A stretch of DNA of 64,000 nt from Myxococcota bacterium (GTDB lineage Bacteria; Myxococcota_A; UBA796; CAJQPC01). Location of the stretch: positions 20,174 through 84,173 of the forward strand of contig JAZAMN010000022.1 in NCBI GenBank assembly GCA_036229005.1, read 5' to 3'. This document shows positions 57,087 to 64,000 of the stretch, piece by piece. The position numbers and the translations under genes were made by a program. The notes beneath the pieces were generated by a model, which ran no database searches, was not told where the DNA came from, and worked only from the letters and a program-made list of their open reading frames with translations. Every line of letters starts with the position of its first letter. Position 1 is the first letter of the stretch.

Positions 57087-57671
57087 TCAGCAACCGGTGC
57101 TCTCCTGCATCGCCACGCGGCCCAGGCGCTGACCGGGCTCGGCGGCCGAAGACAGCCACAGGCTGAGCTGGCCCAGGTTGTAGTGCCAGGTCTCGTCCAG
57201 GATCAGATCCACCACGCCGTCGCCGTCCAGATCCCCGGCGAACACCAGGCGGGGGTGGGCTTCATCGAGCCCAGGGAGCGTGAACAGGGTCTGGGTGCCC
57301 CCCTCCCAGGTCAGCGCCATGCTGACGTCCGTGTGCACGGCGTTGTACCTGTCGCTCGGCCGCACGGTCCCGTAGGTCCCCAGGGTGTAGTCCCCCAGCG
57401 GCAGCATCTCGCCAAGCAGGAAGGGCCCGCCGCGCTCGGGCACGGTGGCCTGGATGCCGTCTCGGGGCTCCAGCCCGCGGAGCAGGACCAGGGGCTCCAC
57501 GCCCTCGACACTCAAGGCCACGCCGGTCGCCTGGCCCTCCTCATCCAGGACCGCGTCGTGGGGGGCCTCGCTGGCGTGGAAGAGCTGCGGCTGGGTGATC
57601 TCTGGCTGAAGCAGAACGCGCCGGCGGTCAGGGACCTGCCGGCGCGCGCTTGGCCAGATGCCGTCTGACGC
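57087..57671 (-). pseudogene. Probable 5'-damaged gene (GDLDGDG-containing exported-protein family); first usable start is GTG 57521
   Basis: Frame open from 57671 with no start codon or signal peptide before 57521; ends LVFAGDLDGDG..DL...L.LS...GC. Confidence 0.4.
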
Positions 57672-58565
57672 TCAGAGCGCGCCGGCGTCGTTGAGGGCCT
57701 GGTAGAAGTTCGCGTCGGTGGGGCCAGCGATGATGGTCAGGTTCTCATCCAGCAGCCACATGGTGGGCCAGCCGCCGTCCAGGTAGACGGACTCCATGTC
57801 CCGATCGCCCGCCAGGATGGGGATGTAGGGGTGGGGGTACTTCTCCTCCCAGTCGGCAAGGGTGCTCACGTCGGGCAGGCCGCCGGAGTTGTTCTCGCCC
57901 AGGAAGGTGAGCCAGCGGACCTTCTCGTTCCAGACGTTGTCGTAGGTGCCGGGGAAGGAGGCGTCGTAGCTGGAGCTTCCCTCGGAGAGCCAGCCGGCGA
58001 AGCCGTTGCAGGGCGGGCACCACTCCGCGCTGTAGTCCAGGACGATGTACTGGCCCTGACCGGCGAAGTCGTAGAGGTCGACCTCATCGCCGTACTGGTC
58101 CAGGAAGGTGCCCGTGGCGAGCTTGTCGCCAATCTTGGCGCCGCTCAGGCTGGGCGCGTCGGCGGCGCCCTCCTGGTAGGCCGCCTTGTCGGGCTGGTAG
58201 GGCCAGCCGCCCTGGTAGATCTTGGAGTCGGCGTCCGCGGGATCGCTGCCCTCGGTCACCTCCCAGCCGTCCTGGTAGCCGTCGCCGTCGCTGTCCAGAG
58301 CCAGGGGGTCGGAGCCGTACTCCTTGACCTCCTCCCCATCCAGCAGGCCGTCGCCGTCGGTGTCTGCGACGAAGGGATCGGTGCCCCGGTTGGCCTCACC
58401 ACCGTCCCGCAGGCCATCCCCGTCGGTGTCCGCGTTGTCGGGATCGGTTCCGGCCGCGGCCTCGTCGGCGTTGGAGATGCCATCGCCGTCGGAGTCGAGC
58501 ATGGAAGCGCAGCCAGAGAGGGCGATCAGCCCGGCGGTTGCGAGGGAGAGGGCGAGAGCGCGCAT
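57672..58565 (-). CDS. Redoxin (TlpA-like) lipoprotein with DxDGDG Ca-binding repeats
   Basis: GAGG RBS, LSGC lipobox, four D(S/T)DGDG repeats, SAEWCPPC, GWPT. Confidence 0.85.
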   Translation of the reverse strand: MRALALSLATAGLIALSGCASMLDSDGDGISNADEAAAGTDPDNADTDGDGLRDGGEANRGTDPFVADTDGDGLLDGEEVKEYGSDPLALDSDGDGYQDGWEVTEGSDPADADSKIYQGGWPYQPDKAAYQEGAADAPSLSGAKIGDKLATGTFLDQYGDEVDLYDFAGQGQYIVLDYSAEWCPPCNGFAGWLSEGSSSYDASFPGTYDNVWNEKVRWLTFLGENNSGGLPDVSTLADWEEKYPHPYIPILAGDRDMESVYLDGGWPTMWLLDENLTIIAGPTDANFYQALNDAGAL

Positions 58566-58720
58566 GGGTACCTCGATGCAGTGGTGGCCGAAGTGTGCCA
58601 CCAAAAGGACGCGTTGTGAACGCGATGACGTCAACATCGTATCCAGGTCTCAAGGGGAGTGACCATCCCGGCCGATGCCCCAGCCGGTCCCCGGGTTAGA
58701 GGGCGCCGCCAGGAGATCCC

Positions 58721-59734
58721 ATGAACGACCTGCTGCTCCGCGCCCTCCGCTCCGAGCCCGTGCCCCGCCCCCCCGTCTGGTTCATGCGCCAGGCCGGCCG
58801 CTACCTGCCCGAGTACCACGAGGTCCGGAACTCCCTCCCCGGCTTCCTGGCGCTCTGCCGCACCCCCGAGAAGGCCGCCGAGGTCACCCTGCAGCCCCTG
58901 CGCCGCTTCGATCTGGACGCCAGCATCGTCTTCAACGACATCCTGGTCCCGCCGGCCGCGATGGGCATGAAGCTGGAGTTCATCAAGGGCAAGGGCCCGA
59001 CCTTCCACGATCCCCTCAAGGATCCCTCGGATCTGGCGCGTCTGAGCACGCCCACCGTGGCCGCCGACATGCCCCACGTGCTCGACACGATCAAGATCCT
59101 CGTCGAGCAGATCGACGTGCCGCTCTTTGGCTTCGCCGGCGCGCCCTTCACCCTGGCCGCGTACATGATCGAGGGCGGCGGCTCCAAGGCCTTCGCCAAG
59201 GTCAAGCGCTTCATGTACCAGCACCCGGCGGCCTTCCAGGAGCTGCTGGACCGCCTGGCCGACATCTGCGGGATCTACCTGCAGGCGCAGATCGACGCGG
59301 GCTGCTCCGCCGTGCAGCTCTTCGACACCTGGGGCGGCGTGCTCGACCCCGAGGCCTACCGCCGCTACGCGCTCCCCGCGGCCCGGCGCGCCCTGGCCGG
59401 CGTCAGCGGCGCCCCCAAGCTCTACTTCCTCAAGGACGCCAGCCCCTACCTGCCCTGGCTCAAGGAGGTCGGCGCGGACGCCTACGCCATCGACTGGCGC
59501 ACCGACATGGGCCTCGCGAGGCACGTGCTGGGCGACACCCCGGTGATGGGCAACCTGGACCCCGGCGCGCTGCACGCCTCCGACGACGAGGTGCGCGAGA
59601 AGGTCCACGCCATCATCCGCAAGGCCGGCCCCACCGGGCACGTCTTCAACCTGGGCCACGGCGTCGATCCGCTCACCCCGATCCGCGGCGTGCACGCCAT
59701 GACCAAGGCCGTCCGCGAGTGGTCCTGGGAATGA
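58721..59734 (+). CDS. hemE: Uroporphyrinogen decarboxylase
   Basis: PVWFMRQAGRYLPEY, GFAGAPFTLA.Y..EG, QLFDTW, GNLDP, FNLGHG. Confidence 0.96.
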   Translation: MNDLLLRALRSEPVPRPPVWFMRQAGRYLPEYHEVRNSLPGFLALCRTPEKAAEVTLQPLRRFDLDASIVFNDILVPPAAMGMKLEFIKGKGPTFHDPLKDPSDLARLSTPTVAADMPHVLDTIKILVEQIDVPLFGFAGAPFTLAAYMIEGGGSKAFAKVKRFMYQHPAAFQELLDRLADICGIYLQAQIDAGCSAVQLFDTWGGVLDPEAYRRYALPAARRALAGVSGAPKLYFLKDASPYLPWLKEVGADAYAIDWRTDMGLARHVLGDTPVMGNLDPGALHASDDEVREKVHAIIRKAGPTGHVFNLGHGVDPLTPIRGVHAMTKAVREWSWE

Positions 59735-59843
59735 CACGATTCGTGTAGGGCGATTGTCTTTGTAGACGCGTCCTGCACGGATCGGGGGGAGATCCTGCAC
59801 GCCATGTGCTCGATCTTGCTGGAGATTCGGCGCGTGACCCACC

Positions 59844-59859
59844 TGGCACGCGCCTTGTA
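59844..59859 (+). promoter_or_regulatory. Sigma-54 promoter candidate
   Basis: TGGCACG-CGCC-TTGTA (-12 element GT instead of GC), 30 bp upstream of ATG 59889. Confidence 0.4.
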
Positions 59860-59888
59860 TCCATGGGAGGCACCACGCGGAGTCTTCC

Positions 59889-60830
59889 ATGTTCCAGTTT
59901 GTCCTCGCTGTCCTCGCCGGCTGTCACGGTGCGCAGAGCGGCCCCGGGCTCCAGCCCGCCCCGGAGGTGGGCCTGAGTGTGTGTCCACCGGACAGCCACC
60001 TCCACTTCCCCTCCCGTGACGTGGAGGCCTGCGTGGACGACCAGGGCGCGCTGCACGGGATGTGGCGGCACTTCCACCCCGATGGCAGCCTGGCGATGGA
60101 GGGCAGCTACGAGGCCGGCGAGAAGTCCGGCGCGTGGAAGTCCCTGCGCCCCGACGGCGTGCTGGAGTGGGAGGAGGAGTACGGCGCCCCCGGCGAGCTC
60201 GCGGCGCGCTGGGAGTACGGCGTGGACGGCGAGCTGCGGGCCAGCCTGCGCTTCGAGGGCGGTCGGCGGCACGGCCGGGCGACCTGGTTCTTTGCGGACG
60301 GCAGCCCCCGCGAGCAGGTGTCCTTCGAGCACGGAAAGCGGCACGGTCGGGAGCTGGCGTGGTCGGAGGAGGGGAACCTGGAGCGCTCCGGGAGCTGGCG
60401 TTTCGACCGTCGGGACGGCCCGTGGCAGTACACACTCGATGGCGATCTGGGCGCCAGCGAGGTCTGGCTGGATGGGTCGCTCGTGGAGGCCTCCGGGCCG
60501 GTGCCGGCGGAGCTCGGGACCTTGGACTGCCCGGCGCACACCTTCGCGGTGCGGGTCGAGCACGCGGGCGGGAGCACGGAGCACTGCCAGACCCCGGCGG
60601 GCACGCTGCACGGACCGGGCGAGGCGCGCTTTGCCGACGGGAGCCTGCGGCGGGTGGGGAGCTGGCGCGCGGGGGAGCCGGACGGCGCCTTCCAGACCTG
60701 GTGCACGAACGGGATGCCGATGAGCCAGGGCAGCTACGTGGCGGGCGAGCAGGTGGGGGCCTGGAGCCGCTGGAGCTGCCAGGGCGCGCTGGTCGAGAGC
60801 GTGGTGCACGGGGAGGTCGCGGCGCGCTGA
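59889..60830 (+). CDS. Lipoprotein with MORN-variant (YwqK-like) repeats
   Basis: LAGC lipobox; repeated HG.W..F..DG....G.Y/W..G units. Confidence 0.8.
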   Translation: MFQFVLAVLAGCHGAQSGPGLQPAPEVGLSVCPPDSHLHFPSRDVEACVDDQGALHGMWRHFHPDGSLAMEGSYEAGEKSGAWKSLRPDGVLEWEEEYGAPGELAARWEYGVDGELRASLRFEGGRRHGRATWFFADGSPREQVSFEHGKRHGRELAWSEEGNLERSGSWRFDRRDGPWQYTLDGDLGASEVWLDGSLVEASGPVPAELGTLDCPAHTFAVRVEHAGGSTEHCQTPAGTLHGPGEARFADGSLRRVGSWRAGEPDGAFQTWCTNGMPMSQGSYVAGEQVGAWSRWSCQGALVESVVHGEVAAR

Positions 60831-60908
60831 GGCCGGCGCTCCCGGAGGAGTTGACGCATCAAGACTTTTGTTCTCCCAAGTTCCAGTGATCCACGCTAAA
60901 ACACGCCC

Positions 60909-63101
60909 ATGCTGCACCTGATCGCCACCCTCGCCTGCACGACCGAACCCGCTGAGCCCCCCGCGCCGCCGCCCCCGCCGCCCCCCACCCACCGGGAGAC
61001 CACGGAGCTGTGGCGCGACCTGGTGGACGAGGCCTGGCGCGCAGAGCTGGACGAGGGCGGCCTGTTCATCAACATGGGCGAGGCCGAGCAGCACAAGTAC
61101 ACCCGCGGCGGCTGGGACAATAGCTGGGGAGCGTTCGGCAACGAGGGCCCGCTGACCTGGGCCAACGCCGACAGCAAGCGCCAGTGGATCGAGGTGTGGC
61201 TGGAGGAGGACCAGGCGGCCGTGGCGCTGGAGGTCTTCCTGCGCTCGGACGTCGAGGGGCAGGTGCTGACCGCGCGGGCGGATGGCGTGGTCCTGGGCGA
61301 GGCCGAGGTGGGCCTGGCCTGGGGCACGGTGCGCATCCCCACCGACAAGCTCACTGCCGGGCGCCACCGGATCCAGCTCGACTTTGCCAAGCGGAACAAC
61401 GACGGGCCACGGGCGCTGGTGTCGTCGATCTGGCTGATGTCGGACGAGACCGCCAAGAGCCCGGTGCCGGTGGCCCGCAAGTACGTGGGCGAGGAGCTGC
61501 CGGCCTACGCCACGCGGAGCTGGGACTACTACCTGGAGATCCCCGAGCAGGGCACCTTGGTGTTCGATGGCAAGGGCGAGGCCACCTTTGTGGTCGAGGT
61601 GGCGGTGGACTCGGAGTCCGGCGTGCCCACGCGCTCCGAGCTGTTCAGCGGCAAGTGCACGGCGCCCAGCGGGGAGTGCGTGGTCGACCTGTCCTCGTTT
61701 GCGGGTCAGATGGTGAAGCTGTCCCTGCGGAACGAGGGCGATGGGGTGTGGGGGGCCCCTCAGATTCGGGTCCCCACCCTCTCCTCCCCCTCCAAGCGGC
61801 TGGATGACAGCGCGCCCCAGCACGTGCTGGTGCTGCTGATCGACACGGTGCGGGCGGACGTGTTCGCGCCCTGGGACGCGGACAACGGGGTGAACACGCC
61901 GGTGGTCGACAAGCTGGCGGAAGAGGGCGTGGTGTTCCGGAACGCCTACGACAACGAGAACTGGACCAAGCCCAGCGTGGCGACGAACCTGAGCGGGCTG
62001 CGGCCGGTGACGCACAAGGCCAAGAAGGAGAGCTCCAAGCTCAAGCCAGAGGTGGAGCTGATCTCGGAGATCCTGCAGGCCGAGGGCTACCAGACGGCGG
62101 GGTTCATCGCGAACGGCTTCGTGAGCAAGAGCTTTGGGTTCAACCAGGGCTGGGACCACTTCACGAACTTCATCCGCGAGCAGCGCAACACGAGCGCGGA
62201 GAACGTGTTCACGGTGGCGGGGAACTACATCGAGAAGAACCCGTCGGAGAAGTCGTTCATCTACATCCAGACGATCGACCCGCACGTCCCGTACATCGTG
62301 CCGCGGGAGTACATCGACCCCTACTACCCGGGGGCCTACACGGGCTCGCTGGGCAAGATCCTGGACGGCTACGTGCAGGCCGACATCTCGCAGGGCAAGC
62401 GGGCGATCACGGACGAGGACCGGAAGTGGATCGAGGCGCTCTACCACGCGGAGATCAGCTACCACGACGAGCAGCTTGGCCTCTTTTTGGAGCGGCTGTC
62501 CGCGAGCGGCTGGCTGGACGACGCGCTGATCGTGGTGACCAACGACCACGGCGAGGAGGTCGGGGAGCACGGGCACTACGGCCACGGCCACAGCCTCTAC
62601 GACGAGCTGATCCGGGCCCCGCTGATCATCCGCGACCCCAAGCGCCTGGAGGCGGGTGTGGTCGAGGAGGTCGTCGAGCAGGTGGACCTGGCGCCGACGC
62701 TGCTGGACCTGATGGGCGTGGAGCACACCGGCATGGACGGGCGCAGCATGCTGCCCCTGATGACCGACCAGCCCGCGCTGCGGCCTGGGGTGGCGGTGTC
62801 GGACTTCCTGGACGGCAAGCGCTCGGTGCGCGTTGGCGACTGGAAGATGATGGAGTCCACGGGGACCTGGGTGGAGCTCTACAACATCGCCGAGGACCCT
62901 GGGGAGACCAAGGATCTGGACGAAACGGCCTGGATCGCACGTCGGGCCTGCGAGGTCTACCTGGGCGAGTCCCTGGCCAGCCCCGACAAGGGCGGCGTGG
63001 GCTTTGGCGAGGCCGTGCAGAAGGACCTGGGCAGCGAGGACATCGCGATCGACGGGGAGCTGGCGGATCAGCTTGAGGCGCTGGGGTACTTCGAGCATTG
63101 A
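60909..63101 (+). CDS. Sulfatase-like hydrolase lipoprotein (alkaline phosphatase superfamily)
   Basis: LIDTVRAD, WTKPS, DPH.PY, NDHGE, HG; MLHLIATLAC. Confidence 0.88.
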   Translation: MLHLIATLACTTEPAEPPAPPPPPPPTHRETTELWRDLVDEAWRAELDEGGLFINMGEAEQHKYTRGGWDNSWGAFGNEGPLTWANADSKRQWIEVWLEEDQAAVALEVFLRSDVEGQVLTARADGVVLGEAEVGLAWGTVRIPTDKLTAGRHRIQLDFAKRNNDGPRALVSSIWLMSDETAKSPVPVARKYVGEELPAYATRSWDYYLEIPEQGTLVFDGKGEATFVVEVAVDSESGVPTRSELFSGKCTAPSGECVVDLSSFAGQMVKLSLRNEGDGVWGAPQIRVPTLSSPSKRLDDSAPQHVLVLLIDTVRADVFAPWDADNGVNTPVVDKLAEEGVVFRNAYDNENWTKPSVATNLSGLRPVTHKAKKESSKLKPEVELISEILQAEGYQTAGFIANGFVSKSFGFNQGWDHFTNFIREQRNTSAENVFTVAGNYIEKNPSEKSFIYIQTIDPHVPYIVPREYIDPYYPGAYTGSLGKILDGYVQADISQGKRAITDEDRKWIEALYHAEISYHDEQLGLFLERLSASGWLDDALIVVTNDHGEEVGEHGHYGHGHSLYDELIRAPLIIRDPKRLEAGVVEEVVEQVDLAPTLLDLMGVEHTGMDGRSMLPLMTDQPALRPGVAVSDFLDGKRSVRVGDWKMMESTGTWVELYNIAEDPGETKDLDETAWIARRACEVYLGESLASPDKGGVGFGEAVQKDLGSEDIAIDGELADQLEALGYFEH

Positions 63102-63171
63102 GGGTGTAGGGGCCTGAAATATGGGCTGGAGTCCACCGGTGCTAGGGTGAAGGCCCTCAGGAGAGCTCCCG

Positions 63172-63591
63172 ATGCCCGAAGGCAGCCGCTACGTCCCCCC
63201 GCACCGTCGGGGCCAGCAGAACAACCAGAACCAACCAACGGCCCAGCCGGCCCAGCAGGACCACCTGGGCCAGGACCACCTGCAGCAGACGCCGCAGCAG
63301 CAGGCCCAGGCGTGGCTGCAGGCCAACGGTGCTGGGTTGACCCCAGACGCCGGGACCCTGGCGCCCCAGGGAGGTCGCGTGACCTTCGGGTGTACCTACC
63401 GGGGTCGGCACGTGCGCTGGAACATCCACCGGGGCGGAGCGCCCGGGAGCCTCTGGGTGAGCGGCGTGGACGGATTCGCGACGGAGGCAGACGCCGTCTT
63501 GTCGCCGGAGGCACTGCAGGCCTCCATCGACCGGACCGCGGAGCTGGTTCAGGCCAACCCACGGAGGTCTGATCAGGACTGGCGGAGGTAG
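63172..63591 (+). CDS. Hypothetical protein with Gln/Asn-rich N-terminus
   Basis: AGGAG RBS; ORF of 139 aa; no recognised family. Confidence 0.55.
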   Translation: MPEGSRYVPPHRRGQQNNQNQPTAQPAQQDHLGQDHLQQTPQQQAQAWLQANGAGLTPDAGTLAPQGGRVTFGCTYRGRHVRWNIHRGGAPGSLWVSGVDGFATEADAVLSPEALQASIDRTAELVQANPRRSDQDWRR

Positions 63592-63657
63592 GAGGCCGCC
63601 ACCGACTGGGCGCGTCTCGGCCGCCCCCAAGACCGCCCCCAGTCGGCGGCTCCCCGA

Positions 63658-63852
63658 TGCTACGGGCACCCAATGAGCGGGACCCCGAGGCTACGGGGTG
63701 CCAGTGAGCGCTCCTCCGAGGCTACGCCCCACCAGTGAGCGAAACGTCCACCGATCCGGGCTCGGGAGGGGCGGATTCGGGCTGGTTCGGGGGCTCAGGG
63801 GCCTCCAGAGGGGCAGATCGGTCACCCAATCGCTCACCGAGGACCCCTAGCC
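63658..63852. repeat. 31-bp-period inverted-array element, copy C (short right arm)
   Basis: Units at 63658, 63689, 63720; inverted unit at 63831; inner ACCGATC 63750 and GATCGGT 63816. Confidence 0.88.
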
Positions 63853-64000
63853 TCAGCGCAGCGCTTGTGTCTGCCATCGCCGGGTAGCCTGTTGAAGCCG
63901 GGGGGAGGCGCGGAGCTCGATGAAGCGCTGGTCCCGAGCAATCGAGACCGTGAGTGAGCTTGAGCCCGCGCCTCCTTTCGGTCACGCCCGCAGCTCGAAC

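Noticed and set aside
57672..57674. Selenocysteine recoding of the redoxin TGA
   Set aside because: The TGA follows a complete redoxin domain, is not in a catalytic Cys position, and no SECIS-like hairpin was recognised.

Overview
High-GC chromosomal segment, most likely from a Myxococcota bacterium (MYXO-CTERM-like sorting tail, many Cys-rich lipoproteins, Ser/Thr kinase, sigma-54 signals). Main blocks: (i) a membrane Fe-S oxidoreductase and an Lrp/methionine gamma-lyase-like pair; (ii) a ~13 kb minus-strand cobamide uptake, salvage and remodelling cluster under two cobalamin riboswitches (btuCDF-cobO-2H phosphoesterase-cobU-cobT-cobS-cbiB-cbiZ-cobD; btuB-beta-propeller lipoprotein-small lipoprotein); (iii) kinase-FGE protein, sigma-54 activator and a large FG-GAP surface protein; (iv) lipA-E1beta-like-E2-E1alpha-like-lpdA-tmk-lipB-serS followed by tRNA-Ser(TGA), tRNA-Ser(GCT) and tRNA-Arg(ACG); (v) accessory genes (NADAR, CsoR-controlled metal permease, S8 protease with a sigma/anti-sigma-like pair, radical SAM/SPASM, NifU-domain protein, hemE, sulfatase-like protein). 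The most unusual non-coding signal is a dispersed intergenic element of two inverted arrays of 22-bp bipartite motifs at exact 31-bp period around a fixed-length variable core (three copies plus a related fourth element). Other leads: a 2H phosphoesterase embedded in the B12 salvage operon, catalytically eroded but intact E1 subunits, and very short uncharged lipoprotein signal peptides. All product calls come from motif recognition by eye; no database searches were run.
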